A stretch of DNA of 64,000 nucleotides from Camelus ferus (Eukaryota): positions 33,978,001 through 34,042,000 of the forward strand of contig NC_045697.1 in NCBI RefSeq assembly GCF_009834535.1. The letters run 5' to 3'. Each line of letters opens with the position of its first letter. Position 1 is the first letter of the stretch. This document shows positions 13,345-25,950 of this stretch, piece after piece. The notes below the pieces were generated by a model, which did no database searches, was not told the origin of the DNA, and saw only the letters and a list, made by a program, of their open reading frames with translations. The translations under genes and the position numbers were made by a program.

Positions 13345-13598
13345 GACCAGATGGACTTAACAGATATGTTAAGTTATATAGAACATTCCATCCAAAGCAA
13401 CAGAATACACATTCTTAAGTGTACATGGAACATTCTCCAGGATACATGAGGTCATAAAACAAGTCTTAATAAATTTAAGGCAATTGAAATCATATTAAAC
13501 ATCTTTTCCAATCACGGTGGTATGAAACTAGAAATCAATTACAAGAAGAAAACTGGAAAATCCACAAATACATGGTGATTAAGCAACATGAAAAAATA
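13345..13598 (+). mobile_element. L1 ORF2 endonuclease-region fragment
   Basis: GACCAGATGGACTTAACAGATA...AGAACATTCCATCCAAAGCAACAGAATACACATTC...ATGAAACTAGAAATCAATTACAAGAAGAAAACTGG corresponds to DQMDLTD..RTFHP..TEYTF..MKLEINYKKKTG, with indels. Confidence 0.85.
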
Positions 13599-13849
13599 GA
13601 GCAAAAGGCTCAATATAAATGTTAACTAAATACCAATTTTTGGCTATCCTAATTCTTTCCCTAAAAGGGGAAACATGAACTAAAGGATGAGACGTTAAGT
13701 CTTCGACTGTAGTGGGAAGAGATTTAGAAACATCAGTTGGGGTTATAAGTTCATATTCAGGGACCAAATTTGTGGCTCAGACTATTTTGTTTGTTTGGGA
13801 TAGCCTCTATTTTATTTTGCATCATTTTGTTTTGTTTTGTCATAAAGCA

Positions 13850-14455
13850 TTTTTTTAACTTTTAATTGAGTTATGACATACATACAGTAAAATGCATACA
13901 AACAGTAAAGCCAACATGAAATACTCAGCTTGAAGCAGTTTTACAGGTGTGTACACCCATATATTTACACTCAGATTTAGATATTGAATATTTTCAACAC
14001 CCCAGAGTATGCCTCATAACCCTTTTCAAATACTGCACCCAAAGAAGTAAACTCTGTTTTGACTTCTAGTGCCATCTATGGTTTCACTTGTTCTTAAACT
14101 TTACATAAAAGGGATCATATAGTCATTAACCCTTTACATATATTTTCTTTCAAATCAACATATCTGTGAGAGTCATTCATATTATTGAATGTAACAGCAG
14201 TTCATTCTTGTTTATGGCTGTGTAATATTCTATTTTATGAATATTCCACATTATAATGATCCATTTTTCTATTAGTGGACATCTTTGGGTTACTTCCAGG
14301 TTTTGGTAATTATAAATAAATCTGCTCTTAAAAGTCTTTTGGTGAACATACACAACTATATCTCTTGGATATTACTTTAGGATGTGCTTAGGGATAGAAT
14401 GGCTGAGATGAGGGCTAGGTGTATGTGTCACTTTAGTAGATACTGGCACACTGTT
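13850..14455 (-). mobile_element. Old L1M (L1ME/MC-type) 3' end
   Basis: Antisense L1M 3' motifs: TTTTAATTGAGTTATGAC, AGTTCATTCTTGTTTATGGCTGTGTAATATTCTATT, GTGGACAT...GGGTTACTTCCAGG. Confidence 0.7.
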
Positions 14456-17425
14456 TTAGAGGGAAAAAATAAATTAGCAATGGACCTTCCCAGTTAGCAT
14501 TGGGGCTCATCACTTCTACAGCTTATTTTTTAATATTGTTTACTTATATTGCTTGATCCAGAAAGGCTTTTGAGTTTGCAACTCCTAATGGAAAAAGAAC
14601 ACTGATTTACCTGAAATTATAAGCATCAACTTTTCAGGGGTAATGACATTTAAGTTTTTCAATTCAAGAAAAGTGAATTTTTCCAAGAAGAGTCAATCCA
14701 TCTTCTCAGGAGCAAGGTAACCTCAAAGTCAAGAGCCATGGTTGTTTCTCATGTTCCCAGTGATGCGCACAGAGTGGCTGCAGTCCTGTGCTCTGGAGCC
14801 TTCCTGAGGCAGGTCAGCGCCTGTCCTCACTCTCTGCTCTGGCACCGCCGATGAGCCAGCCTAATTGGCCTTGCTCACACCGTACCGCCACGGGGCTCAG
14901 CGCTTAGGCCAAGGCAATCATCTTTGTGCACATTGCTTCTGCAAGGCTCTTTCCTTTTCTTGTATTTCACTTAATAAAATTAGTCACTACCCATGGCGGA
15001 TTAGCAGCAGCAGCAGCAGCTCGGCTCCCTTGGATTTACATGCGTTTATTCTCAGTGGAGAGATCAAGAGGCAATTTATTCAGTTCTTGGCCTTGTTAGG
15101 AGTTCCCATCATCCGACCCGGGGGCTCTGTCTGAATAGCATGTTTGTGATTATTTATTATTTGGGATGATGATTCCCCACTTCTGCAGGCAGCTACTGGG
15201 AGATCATTTCCAGATTCTAAATTTTTCTAAGCTAGTTTTATCAGAGCAGGAGGGAGCAAAGAGAATAAAAGGTAAACACTTTAAAAAGTGGGCTAAAATG
15301 TCATAAATTTGACTGATCACAGAACACCTCTCTAAGTCTCTATTTTTGCCGGAGTGACTACCAGGATATTTCTCTGAGTGATAGGAGCTGTGTTTTCAAA
15401 TAGACTGTATCTATACACTGTGCCTGCAGATTTAATAAATGGGAAATTCAGTTTCTTAAGAGTGGTGTATTGATCTAAGGCTACAGCTAGAGAAGGGGTG
15501 GTCTCTCGGAATGTCTATACCAGGGGAGAGCCAGACGGGAAGGAAAAGGTGATGGGGCACCTCTCTCCTCTCCTCTTTCAGGTCTGAAGATATTTCTGTA
15601 GGGAAAGAGCTGAATCCAGAACCACCAAGTACTAGAATATAAAGGTGCCTCTCCTTTCACAACTTCAGAATATACAGAAAGGCAGGCAAGTAATTTAAAA
15701 TGTGGTGCCTTACTCTTCTCACATGTGTGTATAAATAATACCAACCTTGTAGGACTTTGGTGGAGATTAGATAGGACCAGGCCTTTTGAAGGCATAGAAC
15801 GGCACCTGGCACTTAGCGTATTCATATTAAATTATAATATTCAATAATATTAACTGTCACTGTTACTGTCCTTGCCTTTCTTTTCTTTTTTCCTCATCCT
15901 ATTCCTGTTCCTCCTTTTCCTGCCTCCAGTTCCTACATAAAAGAACCAAAAATCATACATACTCATTAAAATGGTCTATTTGACTAAAAAGAGCCACAGA
16001 AAGTTCAGATATAGAGAATGTAGCTTTTTTTTTTTGTATATAAGGAATCAGCATTCCCCATATCCCTTGCAAATCAGTTACAGATTTTTGCAATTCAGAA
16101 AGCTATTACTTTGCTTCTTATGTTTTAACTCTACAGCATCATTTATGGTTTTACAGGTTATCTTTCTAGTGAAAGGAACTGAAAATCCGTGAACAGTGAT
16201 TTCTTGTGGTGGGTGGCAACAATGGAGCGTTCATGCTGAAAATGACTTTTTTTTTTTTTCCAAAAATAATTTGGGCTTAGAGGCAAAGTGCTAAAATGTT
16301 GTAGGTTGGGGTTGGTATTTTCATTCCTTTTCTTTCCCCTTAGAGTGTGTTAACCAATTTAAGGGATTACTGTGTGCTAGCATTGACTAATGACAGGAAT
16401 GTTGGGTTGTGTGGCCTTGCCTACTGTCCTGTGGGAGAAGACCACATGTGTCCCCACCTGACTGTGAGGTTAGCAGACTGGCACACCTTGACCCTCCATA
16501 TACTCCAGGCTTACATCACTCTTCTAGAAAAACTTCCAGCAATGTTCATTGCTTGGTCCCCCTACTGGAAAATTGACAAACATCACCTTACCTTCCCTTA
16601 CATGCTGGAAGCAAGCTGTCCTCCAGCAAGGGCTTATCCTCATCCACACAGTGCGGCCCAGGTGCTTCTGAGCTTTGCCTCCAACTCTCACTTTTGGCCC
16701 ATGACACATGAAATTATGAAGATACTTGTTAATATTTAGCACATGACTTGTTTCCCTTGATTATGCAAAGGGATAGAGATTTCAGATCTGGGTCATTAAG
16801 AGTTTTAAATCTAGTATTGTCTGTAAGAAGTTTCAGAGGTTAGATTCATTTAAAATTTTTCCCTGCATCTAGTACACTGAAATGTAAAATGCACTATTTT
16901 CTGATATAACTAGTAATAAAAATGTATCAAGTAGCCAGTATTAAAATTTTTAAGATAGTCTATCATTCTTGCTTTACAAATTTTAAGTACTCAGTTACTC
17001 AGAGGAAGAGTAGGAGATGCTGATGTTCAATTATTCATCATGTACTATAGTCACGTAAGGAATTGACAGTCTTCCTGCTCCCTGGAAAACTTTTTAGGGA
17101 GTCTGAATGTTTATAAAGAATTGGAGCAGAGGAGGGAGCAGGATTTACCCATTTCCAGGAAATCAGGAAAGTTGAAGGCTGGTTTCACCAGGCAACCATC
17201 CACAGACAAAATAGTCAATAATATGGCACTGTTTTGTGAGACCAAATGAAATGTTACAGTGTACTAAAAGGAAAGCAGTTGACAAGGTCTAAAAAGTGAT
17301 GATAGAAAATTCCTAAATAGTTAGAGCATCCTACCAAGGTACTGTGTTCAGTTTTAAATCACCATGGTTTTTATATTTGGGAGAATGAGAAGCACTGTCC
17401 ATGCTATGATCAAAAGACAAGACAA

Positions 17426-17492
17426 GGAAGGAAGGAAGGAAGTGAGAGAGGAAGGAAGGAAGGGAGGGAGGGAGGGAGGGAGGGAGGGAGGA
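17426..17492 (+). repeat. Polypurine (GGAA)n/(GGGA)7 tract
   Basis: Read directly; seven consecutive GGGA units at 17462-17489. Confidence 0.95.
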
Positions 17493-17684
17493 AAAGTCTT
17501 GGAAGAGTATCTGAGAAACTATTATCAGTAATTGCCTTTGCTTTTAATTGTACGCATTTCTTTATTATTCAAATTCGTTACCATGTCCACCTACAATTTT
17601 AATGAAAATTTAAAATGGGAGATTTTTAGAAATCACTTGGAGATTCTCAAAGACAATGTCGTAGCAAAAATAATTATAATAGCA

Positions 17685-17905
17685 AACACTTTTATAATGC
17701 TTATGTACCGGACAGTATAGTCAATATACATTGACTATTTAATCCTCACAATAACCTCAAGAAGTAGAAAAGATCATTATCTCCATTTTACATATGAGAA
17801 AAGTGCTGTACAAAGAAGCTAAATAACTTGCTTCCGGTCACACTCCTGGGAAGCTGGGAAACCGTGATTTGAAGCCAAGACTTGTAGCTCCAGGTTCTGG
17901 GCTCT
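17685..17905 (-). mobile_element. MIR SINE
   Basis: TTTAATCCTCACAATAACC...CATTATCTCCATTTTACATATGAGAAAA...TAACTTGC...GGTCACAC (antisense MIR core). Confidence 0.8.
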
Positions 17906-19489
17906 TGAGACAGTGTAATAAAGTAATGAAGGTAAGTCTGAGGGTGATTTTTAGCCTTACGCATGTGAGGAATTTTAAAGGGAAGGATAGTTTATTAGCT
18001 GTTTTTGTCCGCAGAGAACCCCATTTGTAATACATGAACTCTAATTAAAGCAGAAAGAAATGAGTTTTATGTATAAAAGAATTTGATGATCAGTTGAAGA
18101 AACTTTGGAGTGGCAAACCAAGAAGGTGACTTTGAAAACATGACTTTTTTATTATTAAAAATACATCTGTAAAGTAATTATGGTAATTAAACTGCCCAGC
18201 TTCACGTTTGCTGTTGTCTTTTTTGGGATGTAATGTCTCTTGTCCTCTAATTCCATTTCTTTATTCTTATTTACAAATTGTTTCCCTCCAATGACCAAGT
18301 ATATTCAAATGCCTTAAGGAATAATATCTTGAACACTACCAACCGTACTTTATTACAGAAACAATTTCATTTGATTGGCCCCATTACTCTTGCAAGGATG
18401 AAATTAAGATAATTAAATAAAACATATAAAAAGAATCATTAAGGTAATCTATGTGAAGTACATACAGGAAAACTAATAAGGAGATTTTTGAAGCTCACTT
18501 TTTTAGGGCACAGTTTTCTAGTAAGTAAGGAAAAAGTTATATGTTTTCCAAAAAAAAAAAAAGTGTCATAATGAAATTTCTTTAGTAAAATTGCTAATGG
18601 ACTGGTAATTGTATACTTTATTGAATATACTGGTACTTCTCATTAATGTGACCCACAAAATGAATAGTATCTCTGACTTCATTGAGATTGGAGTAGTAAA
18701 TGAGCTAAGAAGGCTTACAAATAAAACCATTGACTATTGCACTGACAGTAGGGGGCATCTTATTTTAGAAATAAGTAAAGTGTTGAAAGTGGTTATTTTG
18801 TGTGATAGATCATTTTCTCTTCTAGTTGTGTCTAGAGCCTGTGATCAAGGAGGTTGAGTCCTGCCATTTCTGCACCAGAGAATCCCCCTGCCCTTAGTGA
18901 GAAATAAAATTAGGAAAGTCTTTCTTGGTAACCCTGATACTCCCTATCCCCATCCCATTATATATTCACCAGGTCTATAGAGTCATACCTGACATTTTTC
19001 TCTTGCTGGAATATATATGATACATGATGTTCCCTCTCCCACAAAATGGATTGTAATTTTTGACAATATCTTGCCCAATATCTGTATCACCAACCTCTCT
19101 CTCTCCCCCCTTTATAAAAGCATATTGAAATGTAAGAATCTGAGAGAGATACTATTTTATAGATAACCTTGAGCCCTTCTCAATGTATGTGAGGATAAGT
19201 CATAAATAAAGTTTATTATTTTAAATATTTCTGTAGCAAACCTTGTAAGTAATCAGTTTGAAAGTCTAGTTGGTCATGACACTATGGAAGAGAATGGACA
19301 CAGCCTACATCATAACAAGTCTGCCATTTACCTAGTGAGCAACTGGAACTATACGCCATTGACTACAAGAGAACAATGCTCTCTTTTCTCTCTCTACTTT
19401 GCTTGAATTAAAAAGGAAAACTTTGAAAGAAAAACAGAGGCAATTGCTTTCCTTGTCTTTCAAAGATAATATGATGTCTAAATATCTGA

Positions 19490-19610
19490 TCTTGGAGGTC
19501 AAACATGCCTGAATTCCAGTCCTGGCTCTGCTGCTTGTTAGATTTGTAATTCTGAACAAGTTACATAACCCCTTTGAGCTTCAGTTTCTTCATCTATAAA
19601 ATGAGGCCAA
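19490..19610 (+). mobile_element. MIR SINE fragment
   Basis: CCTGAATTCCAGTCCTGGCTCTGC...CAAGTTACATAACCCCTTTGAGCTTCAGTTTCTTCATCTATAAAATG. Confidence 0.8.
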
Positions 19611-19996
19611 TTAAATAGAGTTCAAACCATTAACTGTTATTTGTAGGAGAAGCAGTAGTTATTCATCACTGTCTGGCATGTTTTCAGAAGAAACCTGATT
19701 ACATAATAGCTCCTTCCTTTCTCCTAACAAATGTTATCAATCCTTCTGAATAAATATTTGTACAAAACTACTTTCTTAAAATGTTACCATAAAAGTTAAG
19801 TTCATTCTTTTCAAACATGGGTATTATCTGAATAAATAATTATTTTGGTTCGGGGAAACTAAAATTAATTTGTTACCAACCAATCAACAAGTCAATCCTG
19901 GAGTCTTTGATGCCTGAAATAAGTCTTAGAGATGAAGCAAGCAGAATGAACATTCCAGAAAGAGATTACTCATATGACCCACGACCAAGTATAACA

Positions 19997-20180
19997 TAGC
20001 TCTCAAACCTGAGTGTGCACCAGAATCATCTGAATGGCTTGTTAAAACACAGATTGCCAAGCCTCTTCTCCAGAGTTTCTGGTTTAATAGATTTCAGACA
20101 GAGACCAAGAATTTGCCATTCTAACACTCTGTAGTTGATTTTAATGCTGCTGGCCTGGAACGACACTCTGAGAGCCACTG
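19997..20180 (+). mobile_element. hAT-Charlie MER5A-like MITE
   Basis: CTCTCAAACCTGAGTGTGCACCAGAATCATCTG...CTTGTTAAAACACAGATTGC...ACACTCTGAGAGCCACTG; ~185 bp. Confidence 0.8.
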
Positions 20181-20884
20181 GAATGGGATGATGTATTGAG
20201 GGACTGCTGGGGTTGTGGTTTGTTATTGATGAAATAGTGCAATGAGCACATAGCCAGAAATGGACCAGGGGAGAAAGGACCCAGATCATCAAACAGCTTG
20301 AACACGTACTGAGATTGGTGTAAGTGTAGTCCAAGGCCCAGTTTAAAAGGATCAGTATTGTAGGAATGGAGTGGAGAATGGGGAGCTGCAAGCCTCACTG
20401 GCTGGTTGAGCAGTGGGTGTAATAATCCAATGCAGAGATGATGGAGGCTTGAGTTCCGTTAGGGTGGGATTGAGATCAAATAAAACAATGTATGAGGTAA
20501 AAGGATGGAAGGAGCATACTTTGAAGATGCTTTTCAAGGACTCACAATGGACTCATGATCTATAATAAACCATTTTAACTACAGTTTTACTAACTGTATA
20601 CTATAATTTTTGAATTATTTTATATATTTAAATCCCTAATAAAATAGAAAAGGTTTGAAAGGATTCATTAGGTTTCAATCAACTACTGACCACTTTGGTA
20701 ACCTTTATCCATTGGTAAAAATTCACAAACGATAAGAATGATAGTTAACGTGCATGCAGGGCTTACTTTGCACTAGGTACTGTACCACATCCTCTAAGTA
20801 TTTTAATTCTCACCACACTCTATAATGTAGGTACTATAGTTAGTTAGCTCCACGTTATAGACCATGAGTCAGAGTAAATCATTT

Positions 20885-21362
20885 GCTGTTTCAGATTCTT
20901 CCATTTGCCCCTCCAAATCTACTTTCCATTTTTTTTCCACCTGCTTTCTGCCCCAGGAAACTGACCCGTATGAACAAGTTTCCAGTTGGATGTAGCCAAT
21001 GGGAGAAGCTAGCAGGAGACTAGAGGTAGGGAACAGAGTGAGGTCAAGTGTTATTTCCTCCTTGTATGTTGTCTCACACTGGCTATGTTCCTCAACGAAA
21101 TGTCACAGATCCTCTGTGTGTAGCCCTGTCTACACAGCTTTCTCCTTCCTGGTACCAGGAACCAACTCTTCCCCTCTTCCCTTCAGGTTTAGGGGTCGTA
21201 ACAGCTCTTCTGTTACCAGGACTGGGGTACTACACTATCCCTTGTGGTCTCCTTATAAGCCGCTTACACTTTTAAAATTAGTCCTTTTATGAGATTCTCA
21301 TCAAATGATTCTACTCTGAGCTTTAAATGTGCTATCTCTTTCCCACTGGAACCCTGACTGAT
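20885..21362 (+). mobile_element. ERVL solo LTR (LTR33-like)
   Basis: Starts ...TTCTTCCATTTGCCCCTCCAAATC and ends TGTGCTATCTCTTTCCCACTGGAACCCTGACTGATA, typical of ERVL LTR 3' ends. Confidence 0.65.
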
Positions 21363-22355
21363 AAAACTGCTCAAAGAAGACAACTAAAAAGTAGGGGGAG
21401 TAAGAATTAGAAATCCCACAATTTGACTCTAGGCACTAAGCTTCTAGAGGGATGGAGGGGGGCAAGGGGGAGGGGAGAGAAGGATTGGTAAGGAGTGTCT
21501 TCTCTCCCATGTTTTGGAGCAGAGTGCAGAGAAGGGCAAAGAAGAATCATCTAGTTAAACGGATTTCTGCAAACCAAGAAAATCTAAGCTTCAGAAAAAA
21601 AAGACTGGTGAAAATCCATTCTTTGACCTCTTGACTGGTTCATCCTAATTGGGAAAGAGAAGAAGACTCTCTCCTGAGCCCTCAACAACTTTATATGAGA
21701 GCAACAGATTGTTTAAAAATAGATAGGGTCTAAAATAGTACCATTATAAAGATAGTAGGAGGCAGCCCGAGCTTGTCTCATCTCACACCTCACTCCAGTG
21801 CCTGCCTTGCCAACAGCAAGGCAAGCAATTAAAATAGTGTGGTGAACAAAATGAGGCAGGATGGAGTCAAAGCTCCTGCAAGGTTTCTGAAAAGGCTGCT
21901 TAAACAACCTGTCCATGATGTAGATGACGATTTTTTAATGGGCAAAAGTACAGTTAGGGGATGAAAAGCAGCACTCCAGAATATATCTTTTTATTCTCTC
22001 ATGTTCATATCCTGTTCAGCTAAAAGAGCTCATTTTCTTGCAGCATGTGGTGTCACACTCCTGATTATAGAGTGTCACATGCAAGGATACATGCAGTTAT
22101 ATGTCACCAAAGCTAACATACATGAAACCATCAGAAAACAGATGGATGTTCAACTTTCCAGAACTGATTGTTAATCAGAGTTCAGTGAAGAAGGCAGTCA
22201 CAGCCAAGATAACAGCTCCACGGACTTGGTGATAGTTTTCCTAAAAATATAATCCTGTCCTAACTGTAGATAAGTTTAGGTCATGTGCCTACCAGTTTAC
22301 ATTTAAGTATATTAGCTCTTTAACCCAGAAATCGAAAGCTCTGTGGATGTTGCCA

Positions 22356-22407
22356 GAAAATAAAATGTTAGATATTGAAAATAAAATGTTAGATATTGAA
22401 AATAAAA
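22356..22407 (+). repeat. Perfect 21-bp tandem duplication (2.5 copies)
   Basis: GAAAATAAAATGTTAGATATT x2 followed by GAAAATAAAA. Confidence 0.95.
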
Positions 22408-22677
22408 GCGGCAATTGTGACCACCATTGAGACAATAATAACTTGAGAAAATGAGAACAAATGAAAGTTACTTAGACGTAGAAAATTTAGTCTTTCTAGG
22501 AAAATTTCGAAGGGAAAATAAATATATATACAATACAAAAGACATTTAAAAATTCAGAATTCAAAAGAATGACAATTTACTAATCAAAATTTGATTTTCT
22601 AATGAGTTATAATTTTAGCATATTTTTATGTGTACCATATAGCATGCAATTTTCTACAAAGCCACTGTGATAATCAC

Positions 22678-22685
22678 TATATATA

Positions 22686-22728
<43 letters not shown>
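22678..22728 (+). repeat. Compound (TA)n(TG)n(TA)n microsatellite
   Basis: Read directly. Confidence 0.95.
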
Positions 22729-22733
<5 letters not shown>

Positions 22734-23384
22734 CATAAACAGTTCAGTTTCCTTTCTCAGAAAGTGTCTTGTTAAATTGGAAATGAGAGATATATACCAG
22801 TGCCCTGTATCACCTAGATCTCTTGCCTCTAAGCCCAGGGTTATGATCACTTTAGTAAATTTCTATTCTAACAAATTACACAGAAACTACTAATAAAATG
22901 CCTTAGTTCCCATACCCTAGTCATCTTGCTGCCTGCTCCCTTAGTTCTAATCAAGTGAACCTATTCCTGGTCATGCCCGTATGCAGCAGACGTAAGTGGA
23001 CTGCAGCCTTGAAAGGGACTTGTACTATTGCCATTGATGTGATCAATTCGGTCCCCATGGCCAGATTGATCATGCAGCAGCAGACATCCATCTTTGAGAC
23101 AGCTGCACTTAACAATCCCACCATGCTTCCACTTACTTTCAGCACAGAGAGTTCTGACCTTCATACTGGGCAGGAGGTTTTCCTAGGCCAGAGAGATGGA
23201 TGCACAGACACCTCAACATTCTAAGGTTAACAATTTGGATGATTCATCATGTTTATAATCATAAATATGGCAAATAGGGGCAAAAAAGCACAAAAGTTGC
23301 AAGAACAGTGAGCCAAAAAATTATAAGAACAGTAACAAGTAATTTTTCTACAATATTTGTAAGGTATGTTTTGTATAATAGAAA

Positions 23385-23660
23385 CAGCTAAGGTTTATGT
23401 ACCCATTTATGAGCAAGGCACTGTTCTAAGTTTTTCTTGGGGAGGGTTGTAATTTATTATCTTATTCAATCTTCTCAACATCCTAATTTTTTTTTATTTA
23501 TCATTTCATTCAGGCTACCTGACATACTACGAAGTAGGTATTGCTAACACCAATATTTATTGGCTGTGAAGGGTTAAATAATGTGCTTAAGGTCACATAA
23601 CAAGTGACTAGGGCTGGATTCAAATCGAGGTCTGAAAGATGCCAGAGCAACATCAGGCTA
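23385..23660 (-). mobile_element. MIR SINE (interrupted)
   Basis: TATGAGCAAGGCACTGTTCTAAG...TCAATCTTCTCAACATCCT...AAGGTCACATAACAAGTGACTAGGGCTGGATTCAAATC. Confidence 0.65.
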
Positions 23661-25254
23661 TAGTAATGCAAACTTGCCCAGTCATAGCTGAGGTCACCAG
23701 CACTGTGACATCCATGCCACGCTTTGTGGCTCACTTCTTAATGCTCTCCACCCCAACTCCTACCAAACCTTACAGAAAGGTTGACTTTTACTCCAAATTA
23801 TATATAATGGGAAGGAGCTGAAATGATTAATGAAAATCAAATTTTTCAGGCAAAATTAAATCTGATGTGAAGCATGTATAGAGAGACTTAATGAAGGCGA
23901 GAAGAATTTCCTTGAACTCTTAAGATGACCCATTGGGTGGTCACCTTCTCTGGTATGAGAACAAGTAAAAAGGTCACCTTGAAGGGCAGGTGATTAATAT
24001 TTTCTGGGAAAGGGCAGAGACCAATCAATGCATGTCTGACTCAGCACTTCACCTTGAAGGCTTCCTAAATACCGAACCACTAAATTGTTTCAAAAATCTG
24101 GATTTTTTAAAAATTCTGGTTAGATATGGAGAAACGAACATGAGAGTCTGTTTCTGTCCACTCTTTTAATATTACTAAAACAAAAGAGGAAAAATAAAAG
24201 CAGCAAAAATCTTCAGTGACAAAACAAGCAAAAATCTGGAGAGGACACAAAAGCAGGAAGGAAGGAAAGAATATGGACAAATATTTTGTAGGTAGGAAGT
24301 TGATGAAGGAGAGGTTACTGGCTTAACTGAGAAGAGACAGCTAAACTCTATGTGTCTATACGAGGAGATAATGATGAAGCAAAAGCTACAGTCATCAGAA
24401 CCTAAAATTGACTTGAGAATGGGGCACAATGTTCCATGAAATGTCAAATAGATCTTAGGGCTGAGGAGAGCAGAGTAGGCAGAAAGGCTTCACAAAGACG
24501 AGTTAGACCCAGATTTATTCCTGCAACTTTTGCAACCAGGCAAATATTCATCCCAAACTTTCAAAGGCTGGAAGAGTTTATTCTCTCAAGAAAATGAACC
24601 AGAGAATTTAGACTCCTGATTCCTGGTATGATAGTGCCACAGTGAGTTACTAAACAGAAAGCAGGGAAATCAATCAAAGTTTCTATAGTTTCATGCTGGA
24701 ACTCTTAGCCCCATTCTCACACCTCTGTTCACAGACCCCTGGCATCCCAGGGTATATGTACCACTTAAAGATTTGTCTCTGAAAAAATTCAGAGGAAATT
24801 TACAACTAGTAGCGTGTAGGATGGTGCATGAATCCAAAGGGCAAGTCTCAAATGCAAACCATTAGCTGAGAAGCTGTTACCAGCTTGTCAAAGCCTTGCT
24901 CTTAAAGTGAACAAACAGCAAACAACAGTAACAGCAATATGAAGAAATCCTTCTACATCAGAGACAGAGGAGAGAAATGGAACACAGAAGAAACAGACAG
25001 CAGGCTGGACAGAAAATAATTACATAATAATAATACAAACATTAACCTCTGTTTGAAATATTGTATATGTACATACATATATAAGTTACCTGGAAAAATG
25101 AAAAATAAGGAAGGTGAATATAAGAAAGCTAAATATTCAACCATGATAAGAGGAAGGCAATAGAAAATTAAACAGTGATATAACTATATACATATATATT
25201 ATACCACATAATATATATAAAATAGTAAATAAATATATAAATATAAATATTATC

Positions 25255-25950
25255 TGGTATTTTCCACAGAGTTTCAAAAATGCCTTGTAATTTCCTGAAT
25301 GATAGAAATGTCTTGTTATTCATATAAAGCCTTTTTCACTCATACCTGAGTTTATACTGAAGTGGGGTCCCTAAATAGCTTCAGGATGAGGGGAGGGGTC
25401 TTGATTGGCAGAAAAACCAACCAAGTGTCTGGAGAGAGCATTGCAACTTTCACTCCCATCTCGTGATCTCCAGAAATTGAGTTCAATCATGTAGCCAGTA
25501 ATATTAACCAATCATGACTACTTAAGGAAACCTTAATAAAAACTCTGGACAGTGGGGCTCAGGCAGCTTCTGGGCTGGTGATCACATCCACGTGCTGGGA
25601 GGGTGGTATGCCCAGACTCCTCTAGGAGAGGGCACGGAGGCTCTGGGTCCTCCCTCCTCCCTCCACAAGACCTTGCCCTATTCATTGCTTCCATTTGGCT
25701 GTTACTGAGTTGTATCCTTTATAATAAAATTGCAATTGTAAAATGAAACCTCTCAAATTTGTAGCCAAACAGGAAGAAGTGCAGGGGGCTTGAGGACATC
25801 CAGGACTTGTAGCTGACACCTGCAGATGGGAGCGGTCTTGTGGAGCTGAGCCCCTCAACCCATGGGGTCTGTACTGACTCCAGATTGAATTGAATTGTGA
25901 CATATTAAGTCAGTGTCAGAGAACTGACTGTCAAAATGCGGTGTTAGAAG
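25255..25950 (+). mobile_element. ERV LTR (MER21-like)
   Basis: CATACCTGAGTTTATACTGA, GGTCCCTAAATAGCTTCAGGATG, AATAAAAACTCTGGAC, TGAGTTGTATCCTTTATAATAAA. Family assigned from memory; ends approximate. Confidence 0.65.

Noticed and set aside
14980..15000. Perfect Kozak CCGCCATGG on the minus strand
   Set aside because: The frame stops after four codons (MGSD*) and no consensus donor follows.
17925..17940. Consensus donor AAG|GTAAGT
   Set aside because: Isolated at a MIR edge with no supporting open exon; such motifs arise by chance in 64 kb.
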